A stretch of 64,000 nucleotides of DNA from Candidatus Collierbacteria bacterium GW2011_GWB2_45_17 (GCA_001001485.1 LCKO01000005.1:3552-67551); one strand, 5' to 3'. Shown: positions 19,738-29,882, counted from the first letter of the stretch. Program-made: numbers and translations. The notes: generated by a model from the letters alone, not told the origin.

Positions 19738-19943
19738 ATCTTAATATTTTAATCGAACTCGCGACACTTCCGCAAAGCGGAATGCTCTAACCTCCGCCAG
19801 AGGCGGATCAGCCTTTGGCTAAGACTGAAGCTATCCTGTCCCGATCTATCGGGATGACCCAACAAACCACGCTCATATTTTATCATTTTCTCTGGCTAAA
19901 ATAAAACCTCAATCGAACAGTTCTGGTTGTGTAGAATGTAGAT

Positions 19944-20414
19944 ATGAAGATTTTAGGCATCGATCCTGGAATAGGTAGGTTGGGGTGGGGGATAGTCAGC
20001 CATGATAAAGGGGTTGACAGCTATATTGATTCCGGTTGTTTTGAAACACAGGCTAACTCGGATCTGCCGGAAAGGCTCCTCAAAATCCACGACTTTATTC
20101 AAAACTTGATCAATCTTCATACTCCAGACGCTCTTGCCGTTGAATCCCTCTTCTTCGAAAAAAATGTCAAAACAGCTATCGATGTGGCCGCGGCCAGAGG
20201 TGTAATCTTACTGGTGGGTCAGCAATCAGGCTTGGCGATCTCCCAGTACACCCCCCTTCAAGTCAAGTCTTCTCTTACCGGCTATGGTCAAGCCGAAAAA
20301 AGCCAGGTGGAGTTTATGGTGGGCAAGATTCTTCATCTAAAAGAGAAAATTAAACCGGACGACGCCGCCGATGCAGTGGCCATTGCTCTCACCCACGCCT
20401 TTCGGGTTAGATAA
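19944..20414 (+). CDS. ruvC: Holliday junction resolvase RuvC
   Basis: N-terminus MKILGIDPGIGRLGWGIV, catalytic Asp/Glu pattern, 156 aa. Confidence 0.85.
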   Translation: MKILGIDPGIGRLGWGIVSHDKGVDSYIDSGCFETQANSDLPERLLKIHDFIQNLINLHTPDALAVESLFFEKNVKTAIDVAAARGVILLVGQQSGLAISQYTPLQVKSSLTGYGQAEKSQVEFMVGKILHLKEKIKPDDAADAVAIALTHAFRVR

Positions 20415-20430
20415 TCAGATACCAGAAATA

Positions 20431-20460
20431 AAAAGACCCCGTCAAACGACAGGGTCAGGC
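20431..20460. terminator. Hairpin between convergent ruvC and a membrane-protein gene
   Basis: GACCCcGTC aaac GACaGGGTC stem-loop after an A-run. Confidence 0.4.
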
Positions 20461-20469
20461 GAAGATCTT

Positions 20470-20865
20470 TTAATTTGAGGATGAGGAGGACGATCGTGGC
20501 GCACAGACAACACCAATTACGGCGAAAACAAAACCAATTATGAGCGCCTGCCACCATAAAGCTCCTAAAATCCATGGTAGGACAAACAAACCGGATAAGT
20601 ACGACGTAACATACAAGCCTGTGTATTTGAAGATACCATCAATTACAAAGACAAGTACGCCACCGGTCAGAATAGATAGAGGTAGGGCAACCACTTGCAA
20701 CAAAAGGTTTACCAATATCAAGACCAGATCAACCAGGGCCATAATCAGAATCGCCCAGAAAGCAGCCCAGAGCAGAGATGCTCCAGGTACAATCGTGATC
20801 CAACCTAGTGCGCTAAAGCCTAACAAGGCTAGTACCGTGAAAATATACTTAGCAATACATCCCAT
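20470..20865 (-). CDS. Small integral membrane protein (4 TM), hypothetical
   Basis: Strongly hydrophobic 131-aa ORF with a poly-Ser C-terminus. Confidence 0.45.
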   Translation of the reverse strand: MGCIAKYIFTVLALLGFSALGWITIVPGASLLWAAFWAILIMALVDLVLILVNLLLQVVALPLSILTGGVLVFVIDGIFKYTGLYVTSYLSGLFVLPWILGALWWQALIIGFVFAVIGVVCAPRSSSSSSN

Positions 20866-20996
20866 TTGTGCCTCCAGTATTTTATGGTGCGATTTATCTT
20901 ACAGGCCATATTGTACCAGAAAACAATTTGGAGTCAAATAAATGGTACCAGTAAAAAGCCCGAATAGTCAGCATGGGACCGTGTTAGAATGAAACC

Positions 20997-21554
20997 ATGA
21001 TCGGCTATCTTGAAGGCAAAATAAAGTATGCCAGCCAAGGCAAAGTAATTCTCTTTGTGAGCGGCATTGGCTTCACCGTTTTTATTCCCGGCAATTTATC
21101 CTTTTTGGAAAAAGATTCAGCCAAACTTTTTATTCACACTCATCTTCGGGAAGACAATCTTTCTCTCTTTGGTTTTACCGCTGTCACAGACCTAGATTTG
21201 TTTGAGCTTCTTATTTCGGTTTTCGGAGTCGGACCTAAAATTGGTTTGGCCATTTTAACCGCCACCGGATCGGAAAATGTAATTAAAGCTATTGAAACCA
21301 GCAATCTTGGCTTCTTTACCTCTATCACCGGCGTCGGCAAAAAAACCGCTCAAAAAATAATTCTCGATCTTAAATCAAAAGTCGGTCGAGGAGAGATCAA
21401 TCTAAAGAATCTTGAAGGATCATCCGAGATCATCGATTCTCTAATATCTCTTGGTTTCCAAAAACAAGAAATTGCTCCGATTATGGGAGAGATCGACAAC
21501 TCGCTTCCACTAGAATCTCAAATTAAATCTGCTCTAAAGTTACTTCACAAATGA
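20997..21554 (+). CDS. ruvA: Holliday junction helicase subunit RuvA
   Basis: MIGYLEGK N-terminus, HhH motifs (GVGPKIGLAIL, GVGKKTAQKI). Confidence 0.85.
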   Translation: MIGYLEGKIKYASQGKVILFVSGIGFTVFIPGNLSFLEKDSAKLFIHTHLREDNLSLFGFTAVTDLDLFELLISVFGVGPKIGLAILTATGSENVIKAIETSNLGFFTSITGVGKKTAQKIILDLKSKVGRGEINLKNLEGSSEIIDSLISLGFQKQEIAPIMGEIDNSLPLESQIKSALKLLHK

Positions 21555-22507
21555 TCAATCCTTCCGAATCCATCAGACCGTCCAACTGGCTTGATTTTGC
21601 CGGCCAACCGCAAGTCGTAAAGTCGCTCAAGATCGCCATTTCGGCGGCTAAGTCCCGAGAGGAACCCATGGAACATACCCTTCTTTATGGTCCACCGGGT
21701 TTAGGTAAAACCACACTGGCTCACATTATTGCTAATGAAATGGGAGTTAATTTGAAAATTACCTCCGGTCCGGCTCTTACTCGAGCCGGAGATCTAGCCT
21801 CGATACTGACGGCCCTGGAACCAGGCGACGTCCTTTTTATTGATGAAATCCACCGCTTAAACAAAACCGTCGAGGAAGCTCTTTATCCAGCCATGGAAGA
21901 TTACGCTATCGATATCATTTTAGGTAAGGGACCGGCGGCCAAAAACCTTCGTCTCGATCTCAATCCCTTTACCTTGGTGGGGGCCACCACTCAAGCCGGA
22001 AAAATAAGCTCTCCACTCAGAGATCGCTTTGGTATCGTGCATCGGCTTCGTTTTTACATTCCTGAAGAACTTCAAGGTATCATTCAAAACGCGGCTAAAA
22101 AATTGTCCTTAAAACTAAACGATGAATCGGCGCTGGAAATTGCCAAACGTTCCCGTGGTACTGCTCGCATTGCTTTGAAGCTTTTACGACGAGTGCGTGA
22201 CTACACCTTCGTCGAACACAACTCGGTTACTTCACCGAACAATATCAAAACCGCCCTCGATTTTTATCAAGTCGATCACGAAGGTTTGGATGAAACAGAC
22301 CGCAGACTTCTAAAGGCCATTATTGAGCAACATCAGGGAGGACCGGTCGGACTGGAAACTCTGACCGCCTTGATTTCCGAATCTCTTGAGACCATTACCG
22401 ATCTGTACGAACCGTATTTGCTTCAGTCAGGCTTTCTCGCCAAAACCAGTAAGGGTCGGGTCGCTACACCCAAGGCCTATGACCACCTAAAGATTTCTCA
22501 CGTATAA
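21551..22507 (+). CDS. ruvB: Holliday junction helicase subunit RuvB
   Basis: AAA+ Walker A GPPGLGKTT, sensor motifs, RuvB winged-helix C-terminus; overlaps ruvA. Confidence 0.9.
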   Translation: MINPSESIRPSNWLDFAGQPQVVKSLKIAISAAKSREEPMEHTLLYGPPGLGKTTLAHIIANEMGVNLKITSGPALTRAGDLASILTALEPGDVLFIDEIHRLNKTVEEALYPAMEDYAIDIILGKGPAAKNLRLDLNPFTLVGATTQAGKISSPLRDRFGIVHRLRFYIPEELQGIIQNAAKKLSLKLNDESALEIAKRSRGTARIALKLLRRVRDYTFVEHNSVTSPNNIKTALDFYQVDHEGLDETDRRLLKAIIEQHQGGPVGLETLTALISESLETITDLYEPYLLQSGFLAKTSKGRVATPKAYDHLKISHV

Positions 22508-22514
22508 TCGTTTT

Positions 22515-23648
22515 GTGCGCATTTTATCTATAATTATCAATCTATTTTTGTCCCTATCCCTGACGGGTAAAGTTCTGGCGATCTACGATCCTCTATCTGT
22601 CCCCAATAATAAAATTGGTATTCACCTGCTTTTTCCTGAAGAGCTGTCTCAGGCCGCCAAAATTATCAATCGACAGGGTGAAGCCGCCTGGGGTTATGTC
22701 ACCATTCCCATTCAAGCTAATGATCGAAATCTTCAAAAATGGCAAACCTTTCTCGATGAATGCGTCAAACAAAAAGTCATTCCGATTATCCGTATTGCTA
22801 CCGTCCCCGAGGGATCGAACTGGATCAAGCCAAACGACTACGACCTGATCGATTTTGCCAACTTCCTCAATGATCTAATTTGGCCGGTTCAGAATAGATA
22901 TCTCATTTTCTTTAACGAAGTCAATCATTCCAATGAATATGGCGGAACTCTTAGTCCCGAAAACTATGCCGATATTCTGGATAACGCCATCAATATCTTT
23001 AAAACAAGATCGGAAGACTTTTTTATTCTTCCGGCCGGTCTGGACAACGCCGCCACCGATCGGAGAAATTCTATCGATTGGAAAACCTATCTCGCTCGTA
23101 TGTTTCAGCACAAACCAGATATTTTTAACCGACTGGATGGCTGGACTTCCCACGCTTACGCCAACCCAGACTTCACGGTAAGGCCTGACTTATCCGGCAG
23201 TAACAAAATCGACTCCTTCAAATACGATCTTCAGTATCTTAGAAATTTTACCCAGAAGAAATTACCGGTCTTCATCACCGAAACCGGTTGGTCGAACAAA
23301 TACCTCTCCGACCACCAGATAGCCCTTTACTATCAATATGCGTTCTCACAAGCCTGGTCAGATCCCTCTATTGTGGCCGTCACCCCTTTCCTCTTAAACG
23401 CTCAAGACGGTCCCTTCCAAAAGTTTAGTTTTTTAGACAACAATCAAAAAGAAAAAGAGTTTTCTGCCACTCTTTCCGTGCTGGCTCAAAAAGGAGAACC
23501 GCTACTGACTACCGAAATTCCTCAGTTTGATATGGCCAAATCATCGATCGGAACTACGCAGGAGCTGATCGGGGACCAGATAAATTTATTTATCAGTTTA
23601 GAAAAACTCTACCATAATCTTGTGCTATATATTAATCAGATTCAATGA
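22515..23648 (+). CDS. Secreted glycoside hydrolase, clan GH-A (GH5-like)
   Basis: GTG start, signal peptide; acid/base 'FFNEVNH' (NE) and nucleophile 'FITETGW' (TE) motifs in the GH-A spacing. Confidence 0.55.
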   Translation: MRILSIIINLFLSLSLTGKVLAIYDPLSVPNNKIGIHLLFPEELSQAAKIINRQGEAAWGYVTIPIQANDRNLQKWQTFLDECVKQKVIPIIRIATVPEGSNWIKPNDYDLIDFANFLNDLIWPVQNRYLIFFNEVNHSNEYGGTLSPENYADILDNAINIFKTRSEDFFILPAGLDNAATDRRNSIDWKTYLARMFQHKPDIFNRLDGWTSHAYANPDFTVRPDLSGSNKIDSFKYDLQYLRNFTQKKLPVFITETGWSNKYLSDHQIALYYQYAFSQAWSDPSIVAVTPFLLNAQDGPFQKFSFLDNNQKEKEFSATLSVLAQKGEPLLTTEIPQFDMAKSSIGTTQELIGDQINLFISLEKLYHNLVLYINQIQ

Positions 23649-24331
23649 TCACTCTCATTCACGGAGAAGACACTCTTAGTTCCTACAAACGGCTCACTGA
23701 GCTAATCGAAGTCTCCAAAACGGCTCAGCTAGAGATCGTGGTCAAAGACGCCTCCGAGCTTGATTTGGCTCAACTGCGTCAAGATACCAGCATCGTCAAT
23801 TTATTTGGCGTCAAAAATTGTTTGGTTATCAAGAATTTACTGGGAGGGACTAAGTCCAAAACCAAAGACGCTCTGATCCAATCTATCGTCACAGGTTCCG
23901 AGTCAGAGATTATTCTTTACGAATCCAAAAAACTCACCGAGGCCGTCTTAAAACCATTTTCCAAAGCCAAGATCGAAGCCTTCAATATCAATCCGGTCAT
24001 TTTCAAATTTTTGGACTCTCTTCTCCCCGAAAATACTCAGGTGATTCTCTCAGGTTGGAATAAATTAATCGAACTCGGTCATGAGCCCGAATACGTTTTT
24101 GCCATGCTCGTCCGTCAAGTTCGTCTACTGATCCAAGCCAAATCCGGCGCCTCGTATCTAAAACTTTCTCCTTACCCTAAAAAACTTATCACTTCCCAGG
24201 CAACCTTCTTTACTCTAAACCAACTACTTGATCTACATAACCGACTCTATCAGATCGACAAGAGGGTTAAGACCGGTCTCTCGTCCCTGCCTCTAGAACA
24301 GCTTCTCTTGCAATTCTTCTATAGCATTTAG
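23645..24331 (+). CDS. holA: DNA polymerase III delta subunit-like (HolA), short form
   Basis: N-terminal 'LIHGEDTL' and the helical pattern of delta subunits; 228 aa. Confidence 0.45.
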   Translation: MITLIHGEDTLSSYKRLTELIEVSKTAQLEIVVKDASELDLAQLRQDTSIVNLFGVKNCLVIKNLLGGTKSKTKDALIQSIVTGSESEIILYESKKLTEAVLKPFSKAKIEAFNINPVIFKFLDSLLPENTQVILSGWNKLIELGHEPEYVFAMLVRQVRLLIQAKSGASYLKLSPYPKKLITSQATFFTLNQLLDLHNRLYQIDKRVKTGLSSLPLEQLLLQFFYSI

Positions 24332-24369
24332 TACAATACGCAGGTACGTTCATATCTCAAGGAGGCATC

Positions 24370-24705
24370 ATGACGTCGGTTCTAAGTCAAAAAATTGCTC
24401 AATTACGGTCTGGGGATGAAATCATCATCTTAAAAGGTGAGGGTTATCTACCGGTTTTCGAAGAAACCGAAGCTATTATTGCCTTTGTGGATGGTGGATC
24501 CGCCATCTGTAATGACGGCACTTGTATCTCTGAGAATTGCATCAGCGACTTGATTCCTACCGGTCGGCGCTATGAAACCTACAAAGTGAATGGCGAGGCT
24601 ATGCGACTTTGGGGTTTAGTCCTTGCCGCTCGTAAAGAAGCTCTTGATCGCGACCTCGAACCGGATTGGAGTGTGCCTGTTTCTTTTCCTACCGAGCCTG
24701 AATAG
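24370..24705 (+). CDS. Hypothetical protein (111 aa, Cys-rich middle)
   Basis: RBS-like AAGGAGG at 24359 precedes the ATG. Confidence 0.45.
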   Translation: MTSVLSQKIAQLRSGDEIIILKGEGYLPVFEETEAIIAFVDGGSAICNDGTCISENCISDLIPTGRRYETYKVNGEAMRLWGLVLAARKEALDRDLEPDWSVPVSFPTEPE

Positions 24706-24714
24706 TCTCATTTT

Positions 24715-24742
24715 AGCCCCGATTAACACCCGGGGCTTTTTA
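24715..24742 (+). terminator. Rho-independent terminator
   Basis: AGCCCCG attaacac CCGGGGCT followed by TTTTT. Confidence 0.7.
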
Positions 24743-24744
24743 TA

Positions 24745-24753
24745 TGCTATAAT
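24745..24753 (+). promoter_or_regulatory. Extended -10 element TGCTATAAT upstream of the DEAD-box helicase
   Basis: TGn-TATAAT match; a hairpin GGGCTgttAGCCC in the 5' leader. Confidence 0.4.
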
Positions 24754-24859
24754 AAACCCATCATTGTTCTTAGGTAGGGCTGTTAGCCCTGAGGTAGACT
24801 CGATCTCGATTGTCTAGCTTTTATTTTCCAGAGGACAATCGGGGAATTCCCCAACAAAT

Positions 24860-26065
24860 ATGTTTAATTCACGCCCGTCCTATGGCCGGAGGCCCGTTAA
24901 TCGTGGTTTCAGACCTGCCGGCAACAGTTTTCAACGTCCTGCCCGCCGTGGCGGGAATCGGTTTATGCCCAAAGCCCTCGATCAGAGATTCTTTATTTGC
25001 GCCGCTACCCCGCCAACCGAGTCAGAATCGGTTATCAATCATACTTTTGCTGACTTCGATCTTCATACTCAGGTTCACGTCAACATTGCCAACAAGGGGA
25101 TGATCACCCCCACACAGATCCAAGATCAAGCCTTGGAGCACGCCCTTAACGGTAAAGATATTATTGGTCTGGCCGACACTGGTACCGGTAAAACAGCCGC
25201 ATTCGCTCTACCTATAATTCAAAAACTACTGGCCAACCCTCACGAAACTTGTCTAATTGTGGCTCCCACTCGTGAGTTGGCCATTCAGATTCGAGATGAA
25301 ATTCGGGCTCTTGCCACCAACCTACCGATTTATTCCTGTGTCCTCATTGGCGGTTCCGATATTCGTCGACAATTGGAGGATCTCAAACGCCGCCCACATG
25401 TTTATATTGGCACTCCGGGTAGGCTCAGAGATCTTTATAATCGGCGTGCCTTAAATCTTCAAAATACTCGTACCGTCGTTCTGGACGAGGTCGATCGCAT
25501 GCTCGATATGGGTTTTATCAAAGAAATCACTGAACTAATGTCTTTTCTACCCAAAGAAAGACAAACTTTGCTATTTTCAGCTACTTTGGATCAAAAGGTC
25601 GAAGACATTGCTCGTAGATTTCTAACGAATCCCCTAAAGATCTCCGTCAAAAACGGTCCTACCTCTCACAACGTCGACCAAAATATCATCCGCACTCACG
25701 GTAATAAGATGGAGGTTTTAAGTGATCTGCTTCGAAAACAAGAGTTCAAAAAGGTCTTGATCTTTGGTCGAACCAAGTTTGGGGTCGAAAAAATTTCAAT
25801 CGCTTTGCAAAAAGCCGGTTTTCCGGCCGATGCTATCCATGGAGACAAGCGTCAAAACCAGCGAGAAAATGTCCTTCGAAGGTTTCGAGCCGATCAAATT
25901 CGGATATTAATTGCCACTGACGTCGCCGCCAGAGGCATCGATGTTAAAGACATCTCTCACGTCATCAACTACGACGCTCCGGCCACCCTAGACGACTACA
26001 CCCACCGTATCGGGCGTACCGGCCGTGCCGGCAAAATGGGGACTGCCCTCACCTTCGTCGAATAA
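24860..26065 (+). CDS. DEAD-box ATP-dependent RNA helicase with N-terminal RGG/Arg-rich tail
   Basis: Q-motif TPTQIQ, Walker A DTGTGKTAAF, DEVD box, SAT, HRIGRTGR. Confidence 0.85.
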   Translation: MFNSRPSYGRRPVNRGFRPAGNSFQRPARRGGNRFMPKALDQRFFICAATPPTESESVINHTFADFDLHTQVHVNIANKGMITPTQIQDQALEHALNGKDIIGLADTGTGKTAAFALPIIQKLLANPHETCLIVAPTRELAIQIRDEIRALATNLPIYSCVLIGGSDIRRQLEDLKRRPHVYIGTPGRLRDLYNRRALNLQNTRTVVLDEVDRMLDMGFIKEITELMSFLPKERQTLLFSATLDQKVEDIARRFLTNPLKISVKNGPTSHNVDQNIIRTHGNKMEVLSDLLRKQEFKKVLIFGRTKFGVEKISIALQKAGFPADAIHGDKRQNQRENVLRRFRADQIRILIATDVAARGIDVKDISHVINYDAPATLDDYTHRIGRTGRAGKMGTALTFVE

Positions 26066-26076
26066 GCTTACATACA

Positions 26077-26094
26077 AGTGTTTTATATACACTA
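26077..26094 (+). promoter_or_regulatory. Candidate NrtR operator (AGTGT-N7-ACACTA) overlapping the pncB promoter
   Basis: Inverted repeat AGTGT...ACACT and the shared 8-mer ATACACTA just upstream of the extended -10 TGGTATAAT (26097..26105). Confidence 0.3.
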
Positions 26095-26166
26095 TGTGGT
26101 ATAATACCCCCTAGTAATAGTACGCACCCTAAAAATCTGAGAACAGTCCCACAATCGGAGGCACAA

Positions 26167-27366
26167 ATGACGTTGAAAAAAACACGTTACACCACTGATG
26201 GCTACAAGTTATCGGTAGGATATATTCTTTGGTGGCTGAACATGGTAATGGGAATGAAAATTCAAGGCCGATATATGTTTGTAGATCGCAACGGAACCCA
26301 TTATCCCGATGGATTTGCAGATCGACTTAAAGATAAATTTGTCGAGAACGAAGAGTTACCTGCTCGTCCAGAAATTGCGTCATATCTTGCCGAAAAATAT
26401 CCCTTTTTACCAGATGAATACATTAAATGGTACGACAGAGTCTTCTATTTCGATAGCAGTCAAATAGACCTCAGTCAAAAGGGTGGAGACCTTCGAATTT
26501 TTTACGAAGGTCCAATTCACACCGTCAAACATCACGAAATTATTTCACTATTTGATATTTCGAACTTGACTACTAAGGTGTTTGGTTACAAGCCGGAATC
26601 AAATTGGCAAGATCGAATTCATCACGACGCCAAAGCTCTCAAAGAAAAAGGCGTGACCCACTCTCACGGCGGAGGCCGAAGAGCCTTGTCTCGAGATCAC
26701 CACGATGAAGTTCTTGGTATCCTTCAAAAGTATAAAAAGGGAGTGGGGGATAAAGGTGGATTTTTTGGCGAGTCTTTCATTGACATGGCCTGGGCACACG
26801 GTCTCCCCATCATGGGTACCATGGGGCACGAATACCCCATGACTTGCGCAGGTGTCTGGGGTGTAGAAAATGCGAATAAAAAAGCTAGAGAAATTTGGCT
26901 CAATATGTATGGCAAGAACTTGGGCTATTGGTTAGACGATACCTGGGGGACAGAATGGTCAGATATGGACATGACCAAAGACGAAGCTCGGAAATTCAAA
27001 GGATCTCGTCATGACTCATGGCCGTTTGAATGGTATGTTGACCAAAAGTTAGGTATGTATAAGCGATTGGGTATTGATAGCCGTGAAAAGGAAATAATTA
27101 CCAGCGAAGGTATGAAAACCTTGAAAGACATAATTCATACAGTCGAGTACCGAGCCGGTGAATTTAAATCAGCTGCGTTACTTGGCAAGTATTGGTCAAA
27201 TCCTTTCGCATACAACATTGTCAACAAGTTGGTCGCTGTAAAAGTTGGTGACGGACCATGGAAAGACGTTTGTAAGATCTCCAACGATATGTCCAAAGCC
27301 ATTGGTAAACCAGAAGTCATTAAGGAAGTTCTGGAGATAAGAGCCAAGGCAATGGCAAATAAATAA
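26167..27366 (+). CDS. pncB: Nicotinate phosphoribosyltransferase family
   Basis: N-terminal 'TTDGYKLSVGY' resembles E. coli PncB 'DTDAYKLHM'; 'MGTMGHEYPM' resembles 'MGTQAHEW'. Confidence 0.55.
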   Translation: MTLKKTRYTTDGYKLSVGYILWWLNMVMGMKIQGRYMFVDRNGTHYPDGFADRLKDKFVENEELPARPEIASYLAEKYPFLPDEYIKWYDRVFYFDSSQIDLSQKGGDLRIFYEGPIHTVKHHEIISLFDISNLTTKVFGYKPESNWQDRIHHDAKALKEKGVTHSHGGGRRALSRDHHDEVLGILQKYKKGVGDKGGFFGESFIDMAWAHGLPIMGTMGHEYPMTCAGVWGVENANKKAREIWLNMYGKNLGYWLDDTWGTEWSDMDMTKDEARKFKGSRHDSWPFEWYVDQKLGMYKRLGIDSREKEIITSEGMKTLKDIIHTVEYRAGEFKSAALLGKYWSNPFAYNIVNKLVAVKVGDGPWKDVCKISNDMSKAIGKPEVIKEVLEIRAKAMANK

Positions 27367-27378
27367 ATACTAAACACA

Positions 27379-27400
27379 CCCTCTTAATCGAGGGTGTTTT
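27379..27400 (+). terminator. Rho-independent terminator after pncB
   Basis: CCCTCttaatcGAGGG followed by TGTTTT. Confidence 0.55.
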
Positions 27401-27418
27401 ATTATTGCTATACTGAAT
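27401..27418 (+). promoter_or_regulatory. Promoter -10 (TGCTATACT) within an 18-nt motif identical to 39036..39053; transcript is likely leaderless
   Basis: attattgctatactgaat is identical at both loci; the ATG begins 7 nt after the -10. Confidence 0.45.
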
Positions 27419-27420
27419 TA

Positions 27421-28827
27421 ATGCAGTTAAATCCGTATATTTTTCGTGGCTATGACATACGTGGTTTGGTCGGGAAAGATCTAAACAAGGAAATTTATTA
27501 CCTACTTGGTAGGGGATACGCTACTTTTCTGGTCGAAAGGAAAATAAAATTATGCCCGGTCGGTCGGGACAATCGAGCCACCAGCAAGTCTTATTCCAAA
27601 TACTTCATTAAGGGTCTAAACGATGGCGGCATCGATACGATAGACCTCGGGCTTTCTCTCAGTCAAATCGTCTACTTCTCCTCATACCACTACCTCACCA
27701 AGGCCTGTGCTATCATCACCGCTTCTCACAACACCAAAGAGTTTAATGGTCTAAAACTGGGTAAGAGCTACTCTGAAACTCTGGCTTTGAATGAAATCCA
27801 GGAAATAAAACAAATTATTGACGCGAAAAGATTTTCGGTAGGCCATGGTATAAACTCCAAGAAAAATGTTTTTCCCGGTTATCTGAAACACATAGAAGGT
27901 TACTTCAAACTTGGACGAAAATGGAAGATCGTCATTGACACTCTCAATAATACGTCTGGGAAATTTTATCCAAAACTTTTTCGTCGAGCTGGCTGTCGAG
28001 TCACTCACCAAAATCCTTGGTTATTCAGCTCCTTCCCCAACGGCACCGACCCTACCGATATCCACGTTTTGAATAACTTGTCTAAAAGAGTAGTTCAGGA
28101 AAAAGCCGACTTGGGTTTTGCTTTTGATGCCGATGGCGATCGGATGTCTGTCGTCGACGGTACCGGCAAAATTCATTGGATGGACACGATCACCGCCATT
28201 TTTGCCGTCGATGTCCTTGAAAACATTCCCGGCGCTACCATCATCTTCAACAATCTCTGTTCTCGAGCAGTTCCGGATACCATTCAAAAACTTGGTGGAC
28301 ATCCGTTGATGTGGAAAACCGGACACTCATATATCAAAGCCAAAATCAGACAAACCGGTGCCTTGCTTGGAGGAGAACTTTCCGGACACGTTTTCTTTAT
28401 GGACAATTTTTTTGGTCACGACGACGCCGCTTACGCCTGCTTAAGACTACTATCATTTTTAGAAAAACACCACGAAACCTTAGCCGACGCCTGTTCGTCG
28501 ATTGAAACCCATATTAGTAGTCCTGAAATAAAACTGGGAGTACCGGACAATCTCAAGTTTGACCTGGTGGAGAATCGGATTAGGCACGACTTGGTCGCTA
28601 CCTGGCCAGAAGCCAAGGCTATTGATATTGACGGCATTAGGCTTGATACAGAGAAAGTCATGGTGGTGGTTCGAGCCTCTCAAAACGGTCCTTATATCAC
28701 CGTTAGATTTGAAGGAACCGATCAAAAGCTTTACAATGAAACCAAAGATAAATTAAATAATTTACTCAGGCAACACCTCGAAATTGATTGGACAGACACC
28801 ATCAACGGTTACGCCCTAACATCATGA
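27421..28827 (+). CDS. Phosphoglucomutase/phosphomannomutase (alpha-D-phosphohexomutase)
   Basis: Active-site 'TASHNTKEFNGLK', Mg loop 'FDADGDR', sugar-binding 'GGELSGH'. Confidence 0.85.
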   Translation: MQLNPYIFRGYDIRGLVGKDLNKEIYYLLGRGYATFLVERKIKLCPVGRDNRATSKSYSKYFIKGLNDGGIDTIDLGLSLSQIVYFSSYHYLTKACAIITASHNTKEFNGLKLGKSYSETLALNEIQEIKQIIDAKRFSVGHGINSKKNVFPGYLKHIEGYFKLGRKWKIVIDTLNNTSGKFYPKLFRRAGCRVTHQNPWLFSSFPNGTDPTDIHVLNNLSKRVVQEKADLGFAFDADGDRMSVVDGTGKIHWMDTITAIFAVDVLENIPGATIIFNNLCSRAVPDTIQKLGGHPLMWKTGHSYIKAKIRQTGALLGGELSGHVFFMDNFFGHDDAAYACLRLLSFLEKHHETLADACSSIETHISSPEIKLGVPDNLKFDLVENRIRHDLVATWPEAKAIDIDGIRLDTEKVMVVVRASQNGPYITVRFEGTDQKLYNETKDKLNNLLRQHLEIDWTDTINGYALTS

Positions 28828-29882
28828 ACATTCTGGACAATTCAAAAAACTACCGGCAAATCGACGATAGTGATCTCTACGGATCCTTAACCAAAGTTGG
28901 TCGTCAATTTGAGTCCGGCTGGACGGTAGCTCAGTTTGTCAGTCTAAACTTTGAAACGAGCAAAATCAAAAATATTGTTTTTGTTGGCATGGGTGCCAGC
29001 AATCTTTCTGCTTACATCGCCCACTCTCTCGCCCCATTTCTTCTCAATGTCCCCTTTGAAATCGTCAGTAACTATAGACTTCCTGCCTACTCCGACAAAA
29101 GCACCTTAGTCATTCTTTCCAGTTATTCAGGCAATATCGAAGAAGTTCTGTCCTGCGCCTCGGACGCCAAAATGAGGAGCTGTTACATAGTCGTCATCAC
29201 CTCCGGAGGTAAGATGGCTAGTTTAGCCGAGACCGAACACTACCCCCTGATACGATTGGATGAAAAATTTAATCCTTCGCACTGTCCCAGAGCCGGTCTG
29301 GGCCTATCTTTAGGAGGAGTTATTGGTTTATTACTCCGGCTAAATCCACCATCTCAAAAACACTTTGACGTCAAAGAAATTATTCGTACCATCGAACGTG
29401 TTCTAGACATGGTGAGCATCTACAAAGACATCGCCGAAAATCCGGCCAAGACCCTCGCCGCCAAACACAAAGGACAGGGTATTATTATTTTTAGTGCCAA
29501 CCATCTCGAAGGAGTCGGTCGGTCAACAGCCAACTTTCTTAACGAATCGGCTAAAACGATGGCGGAAAACTTCAGCTTTCCGGACTTAAATCATCATCTC
29601 TTGGAAGGATTTTTATACCCTCAGGGGTTGAAAGATCAATCCAGCATCATCATCCTCAACTCTTCTCTCTATCCGGAAGTCCTTCAAAAGAAAATAGTCT
29701 TAACTAAGGATATTCTTCTTCAACAAAAGTATCGGGTCACTGTCATCAAGCCGGAAACTTCGGATCCGGTTCTCCAAGTTTTTGAGTCACTGGTCTTTTT
29801 GATTTCTTTTAGTTATTATTTAAGTATCGTTAACAAAGTAAACCCAGCCACCAATCTCTGGGTAGACTACTTTAAAACATGA
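28824..29882 (+). CDS. Bifunctional phosphoglucose/phosphomannose isomerase (SIS domain)
   Basis: SIS fold pattern (VFVGMGASN..., ILSSYSGN); ATGA overlap with pgm. Confidence 0.7.
   Translation: MNILDNSKNYRQIDDSDLYGSLTKVGRQFESGWTVAQFVSLNFETSKIKNIVFVGMGASNLSAYIAHSLAPFLLNVPFEIVSNYRLPAYSDKSTLVILSSYSGNIEEVLSCASDAKMRSCYIVVITSGGKMASLAETEHYPLIRLDEKFNPSHCPRAGLGLSLGGVIGLLLRLNPPSQKHFDVKEIIRTIERVLDMVSIYKDIAENPAKTLAAKHKGQGIIIFSANHLEGVGRSTANFLNESAKTMAENFSFPDLNHHLLEGFLYPQGLKDQSSIIILNSSLYPEVLQKKIVLTKDILLQQKYRVTVIKPETSDPVLQVFESLVFLISFSYYLSIVNKVNPATNLWVDYFKT

Noticed and set aside
19741-19860. An additional tRNA or tmRNA upstream of tRNA-Lys
   Set aside because: No acceptor-stem pairing or anticodon arm can be formed. 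The T-arm-like segment lacks a 3' partner strand. Only generic small hairpins are present.
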